This document shows, piece after piece, positions 43,128 to 54,724 of a stretch of 64,000 bases of DNA. The notes beneath the pieces are model-generated. The model was not told the DNA's origin. It was given only the letters and a program-made list of their open reading frames with translations, and made no database searches. The stretch covers positions 9,362,001 through 9,426,000 of the forward strand of contig OX597828.1 in assembly GCA_951406725.2 (NCBI GenBank). The letters are read 5' to 3'. The position numbers and the translations under genes are program-made. Source of the DNA: Octopus vulgaris. Its lineage: Eukaryota. Every line of letters begins with the position of its first letter. The stretch's first letter is position 1.

Positions 43128-43250
43128 ACTCTCTTTTACTCTTTTACTTGTTTCAGTCATTTGACTGCGGCCATGCTGGGGCACCGCCTTTAGTCGAGCA
43201 ACTCGACCCCGGGACTTATTCTTTGTAAGCCCAGTACTTATTCTATCGGT
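43128..43250 (-). mobile_element. SINE family B, 3' half
   Basis: ctcttttactcttttacttgtttcagtcatttgactgcggccatgctggggcaccgcctttagtcgagc is the reverse complement of the family B tail. Confidence 0.8.
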
Positions 43251-43282
43251 CACACCGCTAAGTGATATATATATATATATAT

Positions 43283-43478
43283 ATCACCGTGATCACCGTG
43301 ACCGACCAGGCTATCAGATGTTGCTACACAACGCTGGTCACAATGCGCTTCGCATTGTTTTAGCCTTCAAGTGACACCACCTCGCTAGCTAAGCGAGCAG
43401 GCCAACAGAAGAAAAAATGAGAGAAAGTTGTGGCGAAAGAGTACATCAGGGATCGCTCCGCCCCCCTCTGTTCGCCGG
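43283..43478 (-). mobile_element. SINE family C, 3' portion
   Basis: tcaccgtgatcaccgtgaccgaccaggctatcagatgttgctacac is near-identical to 11701-11748. Confidence 0.75.
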
Positions 43479-43778
43479 GTATGATTTGCGTCTGCGCAGA
43501 GGTTTGAGAAGTTAGGATATACAAACCGTTAGATCTACATGTGCTTCTAACAGTCTGTGCGTCTAAGATTACAAAGGCTTCCCACTGAAGAACCTGGCCT
43601 GGCAAATATATTCTGTGTGTTTGCTAAAAATAGGTAGAAACCGTTCGGTCTGGGATATAGCTGAGATGGTAAATGTTTTTAATTTTCATTCCTTTCATGA
43701 ATTTATCCCTTTTTGTGTTTCTAGCACTACGCTTCCTTATTTGGAAGCCTTTTATTATATTATACATATACATGTATG

Positions 43779-43855
<77 letters not shown>

Positions 43856-43982
43856 AATAGTAAAGAGTGAAAATACTACAGAAGGCTTAAATGTTAAAAA
43901 ATATATATATTTGCATCAATATGTCTGAAGAATATTAGCAAATTTAAAAAAAAAAATGTTCTCTTATAATTACATGATTTAA

Positions 43983-44021
43983 AAGAAAGACCGGTTTCGC
44001 GTGTAGCTTTTCAAATTTCTT
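43983..44021 (-). ncRNA. Hammerhead motif with U3:A8 core in the 3' pseudo-LTR of the Penelope-like element
   Basis: Minus strand: aagaaa-t-TTGAAAA-gc(tacac)gc-GAAA-ccgg-TC-tttctt; palindromic ACCGGU stem III; GUC triplet; stem II only 2 bp. Confidence 0.65.
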
Positions 44022-44130
44022 GCGACGTTATGTTTACGTTGAATAGAGTTATCGTTATGTTTATGTTCAGGAGAATTCTAAATAAGGGGAGGTAGTGAGA
44101 GATTTCTTCCGGTGTAAGGGAGATAATCAC

Positions 44131-47100
44131 TTAAACATTTTTTCCTTTCCCTTGGTGTGAATTTCTCTGTATCAGTATGTTCGGATGGTTGAATCTGGGC
44201 TTGTACTTTTCAATGAAGAATGTTTCCTTGTTTAGTCTAATTTGTGTTGATGATCCGAAAGCACATTGGTAAAATGGATAGATTAAAAATTGTGGTAGTA
44301 GTTGCTTTGCGCATTTCTCAATGTGCTCACTAAAATGTATCATTCTATATTCTGGGAATGCAATCTGTTGTCGATGCAGTGTGCATCTACGTCTGAGTGA
44401 TAGTCCCGTGGAACCCACGTTGTCTTGGTGGCAGCCCGAGCATTTTATGACATAAATTATGTTTTCAGAGGCACAAGTAAAGTTAGATTTGATCTTGAAT
44501 TTCTGTCCCTCTTTAAAGAGGAATTCTGATCCTTCTAGCAGGTTAGGACGTGTTGCACAGTTCGATCTACCACATTTTTTTACTTTTGCATCCGTAATTT
44601 CAGAAGACAATTTTGCCTTTGTGAGAATCTTTTTAAGTGATTTAGGCTGTTTGTAGCTTTTAATGATTTGGTGTATGCTTAGAATTTCCTTTAATTTGGG
44701 GTCTTTATGAAGTATTGGTAAATTCTGGGTGATGATGGTGAAGGCTTCTTTGTTTCTGGGGTTGTATGTAGATATGTAAGGTAGTATTTTCGGGGAAGGT
44801 GTGTTGTTGTGTTGAACTTTTCTTAAAGTTTCTATGCTGATTTCTGTTGCACGTCTGATCCCATCCTCTATGAGTTGAGCTGGGTAATGTCTGTCAATTA
44901 GGGTGTTTTTGAGTTCTTGCAGTCTAAAGTTCCTGGTATTTTGTTCTGACACTATTGTGCATATCCTTCTTGCAAGGTTGAAGGGGATGTTTGTTTTAGT
45001 GTGTCTTGGGTGGCATGAATTAAAAAGAAGGTATTGGTTGGCGTCTGTGGCTTTGTAAAAAATGTCTGTTCCTATTTTAAGGTTTATTTTTTTAATTAGT
45101 ATATCCAAGAACGGGAGCTCCTTTTGGTTGTATTCCATTGTGAACTGTATTTTGGGGTTTATGCTGTTCAATAGGTTTTTAAATTTTAGGAGTTTATCTG
45201 TGTTTTCATTCCAGAGAATAAAACAATCGTCTAAGAATCGTTTCCAATTCTCTTTTATGTATTGAGAGTTGGGGTTTCCAAAGATTGATAAAGATTCCTG
45301 GTAAATGATTATTTTCCATGTATCCCATTGTTAAGTTCGCAATGACTGGTGCTGCCCTTGTACCCATAGCAATTCCGGATTTTTTACGGTAAAATGTATT
45401 GTCAAACATGAAGTGGTTATTGTAAAGGATGAATTCAATTGATTTATTAATGAATTCTTTACTGATCCTTTTGGTATTTCTTCCGGAAATTGGTCTAACC
45501 AGAACTGTATTGCCTCCAGTCCATAATTATGAGGTATACTGGTATATAAGTTAACTACATCAAATGAAACCAGGATTGTTTCTTCCTTGGCTTTTTTTGG
45601 AAGGTGGTTTAACATATCTAAGTCATCTCTGATATGGCTATCGATGTGTTTAAGGAAGGGTTTCAGGAGGATGTCCATAAGTAGACTTAGTCTGTGTGTT
45701 TCACAGGTTGGGCCAGCTACAATGGGTCGTAGTTTTAGGTCCCCCGGGTTAGGTGTGTGTATGTATGTCTTTAGTGATTTTTTAATGGTTTCATTTATAA
45801 TTTGACTGTTATGAATTTTTGGCATACCATAGAAAAGGCTAGGTTTGCATTTAAAGTTTGTTAGGAAGTCAATCTCTTTGGTTGTTAGTTCCTTTTCATG
45901 GGTTTTAATTAGTGAAGATAGAGTTTTCATTATTTTTTGTGGGGTGTAGTTGGTAATTTTTCATAATGTAGGTCGTCATCAAGTAAGGAAATTACAAGAT
46001 TTCTGTAGTATGATGTATCCATTATTACAACTGCATTTCCCTTGTCTGCTTCCTTAATGGTTATATCCTCATCATTTTGAAGTTCTATCAGTTCTTTCCA
46101 TTGTGTAGTATTAAAATTTGAGTTAACTTTCCGTTTATGTATAGTATGGTAAGGAAAGTTCTCAATGTGGTTACAGAATTCGTCAAGATCTTTATTTCTT
46201 CCTCTGTGTGGGATGTGTTCACTTTTGTTCTTGACTAGTGATTCATCTTCAGTATTGAAACTGGTTGATGCTTCTGCTAGTCTTAATTTTCTGCAAAATT
46301 CTGTTATATTATCCTTGATTTCATTTAGGTTGGCTCTGCGTGGAGTTGGTGTAAATTTGAGCCCGTTTGAGAGGATGTCAATTTTTATATTAGAAAGAGG
46401 TTTGGTTGAAAGATTGATTATCTTCGGTTTTTCCTTATTACTAGGTTCCAGCCTGTGTCCTGGTGTCCCTGGTCCCTGGCTAAAAAATGTTGGGTGTAAT
46501 TTTGTTTGTATGAGTTGTCTGTGAGGTTGTGTGATATTGGGTCGGGGGAGTGGTGGTATTGTTGCCCCCGATCGTTGTGTGTGTGTGGGAATCTATGGTT
46601 GTTTTTGTTTGTGGTGTGTGTAAAATTTCTGTATGAGAAATATTTTTGTTTCGAACTGCTTGTATGTGGGATGTTGCTTGACATAGTGTTTTTTTTGCGT
46701 TTGTCTTGTGTTTAGTGGGGACAGTTAATTTTGGTTCATGGGGTAGTAGCGACTTGTGTGTGGTGTATTTCTTATTCTAGTGTCGTTTTGTGCTGTATGG
46801 TGGTTGGGTCTGGTATTAGGATGTTGTTGGTGTGTTCTGTTAGGTCTTGCGTGGTTTGCAAAGGTTGGTTGTGGGTGATTTCTGTTTTTAGTGTATGGAG
46901 GATAGTTGGGGGTTGTTCGTGGGTTGTTTGGTTTTTCTTTTTTATTTTTTGTAATTTTCTTAAGGAAGGGATTATTTGTACCCAATTCATTTTTGAAAGT
47001 TGCACTATATTTTTGGAAGAAGTCCATGTTTTTCTCCCAGCGCAGGAGAGAATTTCTCTCTTCTTTTTCACAGGTATCCTTCCAATGATTTAATGTATTT

Positions 47101-47727
47101 TCGAGGGGTTGTCCCTCGGTATGTTTCTGTATTATATTGTGCATCTCCTCGTCGATGCTTTTAAATTTTGTGCATCTCCTCGTCGATGCTTTAAATTTTT
47201 CCTCATTTGTGGAGGCCTTTAGTCTTAGAAGCTCTATTTCTGATCTTAAATTGAACAGAGCTGACTTTTCCCTAATAGTTCTCTGTCCGTCAGGCTCGTT
47301 AGGAATTAATTTTATCTGGAATTTGCGTGGGAGGATAATTGGTGTTGAGTTCATCCATCCCTCGTAAATATCTGCTTTGTTGGAATTTTTTATCATGTTC
47401 CAGAAGGCGAGTTTTCTGTTGTGCAGGTTTGTATTCCAAATGTTTGCTATTTTTCTTTTTGCTGGGTTAATTTGGGTGCGTATGATGTCCTGCTGTGTTT
47501 CTTTTGTTGATAAAAATTGAATTTAGTGTTGTGTATAACAGTTGCAAATCCTTACTAACCTGGTCAGTGTAGCGAGTTGTATCTTCATTGCTTTTACTTT
47601 CCCGGGCGAGTAGGTTTGATTCCTCGATTTTGTCGTTCAGGTTAATAAGCTGTGTATTAATATTTTTCAGTTCTTTGAGTATGTCCTCATTTGTGGTTTT
47701 ATCCGAGGTGTTGGTCTTCTGTGGCAT
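44131..47727 (-). pseudogene. Frameshifted Penelope-like polyprotein (long N-terminal extension, RT, thumb, Zn-finger, GIY-YIG endonuclease)
   Basis: NLSTKPL..ILSNGLKFTPTP, IKEADKGNAVVIMD, FYGMPKIH, LRPIVAGP, SFDVVNLYTSIPH, GIAMGT, WKRFLDD (shifted frame), LPFLDI, SCHPRHTKTNIPFNLARRI, CGRSNCATR, NIIYVIKCSGC...VGST..SLRRRCTLHRQQI, KETFFIEKYKPRFN; split over several frames. Confidence 0.93.
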
Positions 47728-47967
47728 TTTCGGTCTCACCTGTTTAATATATAGATAAGAAAGTTGGTTTGTGAAAGCACGTGGGTGAATATATAGAAAA
47801 TAGTAAAGAGTGAAAAAACTACAGAAGGCTTAAATGTTAAAAAATATATATATTTGCGTCAATATGTCTGAAATGTATGTATGTATATATATATATATAT
47901 ATATATATAATTGGTGAATGGAAGAAATGGAGTTGAACGAAGATTGTACAGAATTCCTTTTATTACA

Positions 47968-48047
47968 TTCTACACATGTTTCAAAGGCCACAATTTTCCA
48001 AATTCTGATTAAATAAGGATACCATATTGCAGCTTTCTCTTCAGGAA
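47968..48047 (-). ncRNA. Type I hammerhead motif (CUGAAGA core, long stem II) in a ~220-bp Penelope-type repeat between (TA)n tracts
   Basis: Minus strand: ttc-CTGAAGA-g-aaagctgcaat...attgtggccttt-GAAA-catgtg-TA-gaa. Confidence 0.7.
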
Positions 48048-48132
48048 AAAGCAGGAATTACGTTGATAGAACAAAACAAAACAGAGGCGCAGCAAAGCAA
48101 TTCGAACGAGGACGCTCCTTAAGAGCCCATGG

Positions 48133-48248
<116 letters not shown>

Positions 48249-48316
48249 TACATATCTAAATATCTAGCTAGCTACCTATCTATCTCTCAGTCTCACTGTC
48301 TTTCTGTATGCGTTTA

Positions 48317-48838
48317 TTCTGAGTTCAAATCCCGCCGAGGTCGATTTGCCTTTCATCCTTTCGGGGTCGATTAAATAAGTACCAGTTACGCACTGGGGTT
48401 GATATAATCGACTTAATCCGTTTGTCTGTCCTTGTTTGTCCTCTCTGTGTGTAGCCCCTTGTGGGTAGTAAAGAAATAGGTATTTTGTCTGCCGTTACGT
48501 TCTGAGTTCAAATTCCGCCGAGGTCGACGTTGCCTTTCATCCTTTCGGGATCGATTAAATAAGTACCAGTTACGCACTGGGGTCGATGTAATCGACTTAA
48601 TCCCTTTGTCTGTCCTTGTTTGTCCTCTCTGTGTTTAGACACTTGTGGGTAGTAAAGAAATAGGTATTTCGTCCATCTTCTTCATCTTCATGTCCCGAAT
48701 TCAAACTCCGCCGTGCTTGGCTTTGCCTGTCATTCTTTCGGTGTCGATAAAATAAGTACCAGTAGAGCAATGGGATTGATATAATCGACTTGCCCCTTCC
48801 CCTGAAATTGCTGGCCTTGTGCCAAAATTTGAAACCAA
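48317..48838 (+). mobile_element. SINE family A, 5'-truncated array of about three units
   Basis: Repeated ttctgagttcaaattccgccgaggtcgac..gcctttcatcctttcggg..gtagtaaagaaatagg. Confidence 0.85.
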
Positions 48839-48989
48839 TATTGTGTCTAATAATATTGTGTCCTCATTCCGTAAACGGTGGCATTATAACGGGTGGAAAG
48901 CCGAACAATTCTGGGCTACAGGGGATTCGCAATCTAGACTAGGGTCTGAAAGTTTACCACACCATAGTGGTTACACCATGATTCCTCTG

Positions 48990-49192
48990 CTTAGTGGCAG
49001 AAGTAGGAAGAAAGACTGTGAGAAAGTTGTGGTGAATGAGTATAGCGGAGTTCACCACCCCTCCCCGACGAAGCCTCGTGGATCTTAGGTGTTTTTGCTC
49101 GGTAAACACTCACAATGCCCGGTCTGGGAATCGAAACTGCGTCCTTACGCCCACGAGTCCGCTACCCTAAAAGCTGGGCCATTACGCGTCCA
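48990..49192 (-). mobile_element. SINE family C, 5' portion
   Basis: Minus head tggacgcgtaatgggcccagcttttagggtagcggactcg..gtttcgattcccagaccggg. Confidence 0.7.
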
Positions 49193-49749
49193 CTGCTGCT
49201 ACTGCTGCTGGAATATCTGGAGTTCTTTTTTCTACACCAAACCCAGTAAAAAACATTTCATTATAAGAAAAGAGGCTGTACGTTCAATATCGATGTGTGC
49301 GACGTATTAAGTGTTTAATGGATCGATAAAAGTGTAGATTGACATTAATTTAGATGTTATATCATTAACGTCCAATAAGGGGAAAGCAATTGGGTCTGCC
49401 CCAAGCGTGTAACTAAGGGGTGCAGTGACCCAATATATCATCGTTTGACTAGACGTTGTGATACAGAGTAAGAACAATTGGCTGCTACTTCCAGCAGGTC
49501 GAGAGACCACATAAAGGCTTCATTTGCGCTGTTCTCAGCTTACATCCTGCATATCCGGTAATGAAGGTTTCGATTTTAACTGCTTCTGAATTGTTTATAT
49601 GTAGAAAAATAAATGCGATTATTAATATCATCATGAAAGACTAAATCAGAACTACATTTTTGAGAATTCAAGAAACTTCAAATGGGTGGAACAAATTTAA
49701 CAATACCCCATTGTAACGGTGGACCTCAAATGTATAGTATCTCAAATAT

Positions 49750-50150
49750 ATTTCTTTACTACCAACAAGGGGATAACTTAGAGAAGACAAACAAAGGTAT
49801 TAAGTCGATCACATCGACCCCAGTGCGAAACTGGTACTTTATTTATCGACCCAGAAAGGATGAAAGATGAAGTCGACCTCGGCAGAATTTGAACTCAGAA
49901 CGTAACGACAGACGAAATACCTATTTCTTTATTACCCACAAGGGGCTAAACATGGAGGGGACAAACAAGGACAGACATAGGTATTAAGTCGATTACATCG
50001 ACCCCAGTGCGTAACTGGTACTTAATTTATCGACCCCGGAAGGATGAAAGGCAAAGTCGACCTCGGCGGAATTTGAACTCAGAATGTAGCGGCAGACGAA
50101 ATACCGCTAAGCATTTCGCCCGGCGCGCTAACGTTTCTGCCAGCTCGCCC
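49750..50150 (-). mobile_element. SINE family A: head plus two units
   Basis: Same head and unit as 7190-7788. Confidence 0.85.
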
Positions 50151-50290
50151 TCAAATAGAAATGGGTTTTCCTCAGTTGGAAGACATTAGGTCATAGAGCT
50201 ACTAATTCAAGGGCTGACATTCTACTTAACAACAAATCAACAAACAAACCACCACAAAGAAAAACAAATACCATGACTAAATCTAGAATA

Positions 50291-50332
<42 letters not shown>

Positions 50333-51553
50333 GCCTCCACCACCACTACTATTAATATTACTACTACTACTACAACTACTACAGCTATTAGAATCACCAT
50401 CACCAACACCAACATCACCGTTGATACTACAACAATCACCACCACCACCACGAACACGGTCACCAAGGTTACTACTACTACAATCACCAAACCTACCACC
50501 ATCACCACCTTCACCACCACTACTGCTGCTGATGGTACTGCGGCTGTTGCGGTTACACTGTCATCCCTAACTACTTTCTACGTTGTATTTCTTTTTGCGT
50601 ACCTGACCACACGTAGCACACCTACAATTGGCCATCCCAGCATTCTTTCACCTCTTCATCGATCCCTCCCCCTTTTTTCTTTCCTTCTCGCATAGCCTCT
50701 ACCCGCCTCTTATTCACCCCTATTGCGCTTCCGCCTTTATATACTTTTATCGCTTTCCATTGCAAGTCCGTTAAATATATTTGACCACACCTCACCTTAC
50801 CTAAACTTGCTTGACTTTGATCGGCCGCCCCGCCTCCTCCTATCCGTGCAGCGCAATCTATTTTACTTGCTTCAAAACGCCAGTTTAACTACGTTGGCCT
50901 TCAGCCAAACACATCACCGATATTGGTGCTCTTAATGAGTAAATTATGACGTTTCTGATGCATTCAAAAGAGTTATCTCTGTCTCTCTTTCACCCTCTCT
51001 CCCCATCTCCCTCTCTCCTGCCACGTAACTGCCTCTTTCTTTTTCTTCTTTCTCTCACTATCACTCTTTTTGTTCTGTTTTCTTTTGGTTCTATTCCGAA
51101 CGATTACCCTCGGTATTTTCCGAATCCCTCATGACTCTTATAATAGGGGATGCCGTATGTTTCTGGGTTAAATTGATAGAAAACATTCCTGCCAAGTTAG
51201 AACCCTACTTCACTCACCTACACCAGTTTTAATCACCATGAGACTAATACTGACCAACGACTAATTCTTGCTTTGAATTATTCTTCTTTTCTATTGTTAT
51301 CACACTTATGAGTCGCCACTTTTAATTAATTGTGCCTTTACGTAGTACAGACTACGCCAAAAACTAACAGCCACACTTATTTAGATTCAGTATATTCTGT
51401 ACAAACCTATATATTCTGAGGTTTGGGCTGCTTTGAAATGCATCAAACCATAGCGCTTGCCAATAATTCTTATGGCGTAGTAATATATCGATACACACAA
51501 ACATACAGAGACATACACACGTGGACAAACACACACACACGCACATACATACA

Positions 51554-51585
<32 letters not shown>

Positions 51586-51874
51586 ACACACATATACATA
51601 CACACGCACATACACACATATATGTTTACATATAAAGATATAAGTATATAGCTATTGATATATCTTTATTAAGATTTAGCAGAATTAACATAGTGACTCA
51701 AGGTGCAATAGTTTCGTGCGTTGGCACTTATCTAAGTGCCAACGCACCAAAATCTCAAACCTCGTCTTACTCTGTTATTTCTGCTAAATATTAATGAGAA
51801 TATGCATATACCTATATATTGAGTCCTAATTTTCACATTTGCATCAAAATGTATATATGTGTATGTATGTATGT

Positions 51875-51925
<51 letters not shown>

Positions 51926-51929
<4 letters not shown>

Positions 51930-52674
51930 AACAACAAGTCAAGATAGAAATAACGTGCCAACTTCAAGTCATACAACACCTCACTACTTCCACTTATTCA
52001 TATTCTCCCTTCTCTTTCTTCTTCTTCCTCTCCTTCTTCCTCATCATCATTATTATCATCATGGTCGTCGTCATCATCATCACCATCATCATCATCATCT
52101 TCTTCTTCTTCTTCTTCTCTCCTTCTTCTTCTTCTTCTTCTTCTTCTTCTTCTACTTCTTCTTCTTCTTCGTCTTCTTCTTCTTCTTCTTCTTCTTCTTC
52201 TTCTTCTTCTTCTTCTTCTTCTTCTTCTTCTTCTGCTCCACCTTCTACTTCTTAACTTTATCACTAATGCTTTTTAGTATAACACCTACGCAAATTCTAT
52301 AAACAAACCTTTCAATAGAAATATTCTCCTGAATTGAACTGCAACTGACCATTCAAAATACGACAATCAAGGCACTCCCAAATGTTTCCACCCCTTCTCC
52401 TCATCATCCTTCTTCTTCTTCTACCCTACCAAGAATTCACAACGACCTCGAACACACAAGTGCAAACAAGAGAGACAGAGAAAGGGAGAAACAAGGAAAA
52501 TGCCACTTATATTTGAACACTATACAAATATTCCTTTAAAAAAAATTTCTTTTAATTTTTCTAAATTTAATTATTTAATCGTTACAGTTGAAAAGGTCTC
52601 AAAATGACCGAAACCGGTACTGAAATGATCTTTATAAAATTATTTTAGCATTTTCTATCTTGACTTGTTTTTTC
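51926..52674 (+). mobile_element. Non-autonomous Penelope-type element in (TA)n with short inverted terminus and U3:A8 hammerhead
   Basis: gaaaaacaacaagtcaagatagaaa (51926) is inverted relative to tttctatcttgacttgttttttc (~52652-52674); 52410-52674 is homologous to 57200-57445 and, inverted, to 56541-56790; (TA)n on both flanks. Confidence 0.7.
52585..52622 (+). ncRNA. Minimal type I hammerhead motif with compensatory U3:A8 core
   Basis: cag-TTGAAAA-ggtc(tcaaaat)gacc-GAAA-ccgg-TA-ctg: stems I and II perfectly paired, palindromic stem III, GUA triplet. Confidence 0.8.
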
Positions 52675-52816
52675 ATATATATATATATATACATATATTT
52701 CGCTTTGGGATTTGGTTTGCAAGTTTATTTATATGAGTTCGTGTGTTGAAGCATATTCCGTTGTGTCCCTTATATTATAAGGCACAAAAAGCAAATGACT
52801 CTCCCCAGACACAACA

Positions 52817-52868
<52 letters not shown>

Positions 52869-54316
52869 CTACCTATCTGTCTCTCAGTCTCACTGTCTTT
52901 CTGTATGCGTTTATTTATGTATATATGTCTGTACATCATGTGGCACAGATACTTAGAATTCTGGGTTCCGGATCACAAATTCGTTGGTTTAAATCTTCTG
53001 CCGGCCAGCACGTTGTGCCAGGGAGTAAATTCTTGGTCCAATGATTTCTGCTACCTATAACGGTTTTATCGATAATACAATGGCCCATGAAATTATTCTC
53101 TTCATTAGCAACTATCTCTGTTGCTATCTCTGTTGCAATCTTTGTTGCTATCTCCGCCTATACTTACTTGATACGTTTTCAATTTTATTCTACCTAACAT
53201 ACAAATCCTTCCCAAATATTCCTATTGATTCAATCCGATAGAATTTAAATTAAAACCTTTTCTCTTTTTAATGACACTTCAACTAACAATTCTTCTTGTT
53301 TAATATCAATGTCACCAGTCTTACACAGTTTCAAGGATTTCGTATACAGCATTTCTTGGAATCCATATAATAGCCTAAAATGCTTCAAATGGTGGCACAT
53401 CTTGTATTCAGTCCAATGACAAGAATTCTAAATTGATGTGACGTTAAAAATGTTGGTGTTTACAAGTGAATAGGTTTGAATAACTTCTGAGTGAGTGGAC
53501 ATAATCATGTTACAAATGAGAGGAAATTTCATCTCAGACACAACGGAAACCAGGTACATGTCAGTTGGATCTAGGCAGAGATTGTAACAAACATCACTTA
53601 TAAAAGTAGGATGACCATTACCCCATACGACACTGAAATATTGGAGAATAAATGCATTGGTAGGAGAAAACATTTTGGTCAAGAAATTGTCGTTTTTGTT
53701 GAATTAGTTTTACATTTCTCTGACATTTGTTGCTTTAACATTTTTGTGTGCGTAAGAGTATCACTTCCGCAGTTATAAAAGAATTATTCTAGATGTACGT
53801 CACTTACACATAAATATCGCTGAGGTGAGTATCGTCTGGATTTTCTGACAAACTTACTCTTCTTATTTCTTTGATTTTTTTTTACTTTACTTCTACACAG
53901 CGCTGACATCCACGGCGCTGAATCCCACTATGGATTCCATTGGTAAAAATTTTATATCAACTCTAACCTGATGCGATCTTTTCTTTTAATGTGATGCGTA
54001 ACCAAATTGTATTGCACATACTATCCGTGAATGTGAAGGCATCAGCTAGTCAAGCGCATTGTTACAATATACTCGTCCACTGAGGATTGAATTTCTCTTC
54101 ACCGTGAACCTCCTCCCCACCTGCAGGTTGTCGATCCACTATACCAAGCTCAGTTTTCAACACCCTATTTCTGTTAATCAACTTCAACTCTTTCAAAAAC
54201 AAGAAGAAAATACTTCGTTTGGATTTGCCAAATCTTTAACGACAGCAAATTTGGGACATTTTTACACTGCTGACCACCGCTTCGCTACTTGTCATTTCAT
54301 TTCACGTATAACACTT

Positions 54317-54724
54317 CTTATTTCTTTATTACCCACAAGGGGTTAAACATAGAGAGGACAAACAAGGACAGACAAAGGAATTGAGTCGATTACATCGACC
54401 CCAGGTACTTAATTTATCGACCCCGATAGGATGAAAGGCAAAGTCGACCTCGGCGGAATTTGAACTCAGAACGTAGCGGCAGACGAAATACCTATTTCTT
54501 TACTACCCACAAGGGGCTAAACACAGAGGACACAAACAAGGACAGACAGACGGATTAAGTCGATTATACCGACCCCAGTATGTAACTGGTACTCAATTTA
54601 TTGACCCCGAAAGGATGAAAGGCAAATCGACATCGGTGGAATTTGAACTCAGAACATTACGGCAGACGAAATATGGCTACGCATTTCGCCCGGCGTGCTT
54701 AACGTTTCTGTCAGCTCGCCGCCT
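54317..54724 (-). mobile_element. SINE family A: head plus two units
   Basis: Same head and unit as the other family A loci. Confidence 0.85.

Larger units (their letters stand above)
43851..47871 (-). mobile_element. Near full-length Penelope-like retroelement (RT + C-terminal GIY-YIG) with direct pseudo-LTRs, inserted in (TA)n
   Basis: Direct repeat tagaaaatagtaaagagtgaaaa.actacagaaggcttaaatgttaaaaaatatatatatttgc.tcaatatgtctgaa at 43851-43929 and ~47794-47871; (TA)n on both sides; ORF motifs as in the pseudogene entry. Confidence 0.92.

Noticed and set aside
44022-44130. SECIS element or selenocysteine recoding, reported for some Naiad PLEs
   Set aside because: No in-frame UGA in the endonuclease ORF and no evident AUGA/AA/GA SECIS hairpin in the 3' UTR.
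50273-50695. Thr-rich mucin-like ORF
   Set aside because: Derived from (ACT)n/(ACC)n repeats; no signal peptide or domain.
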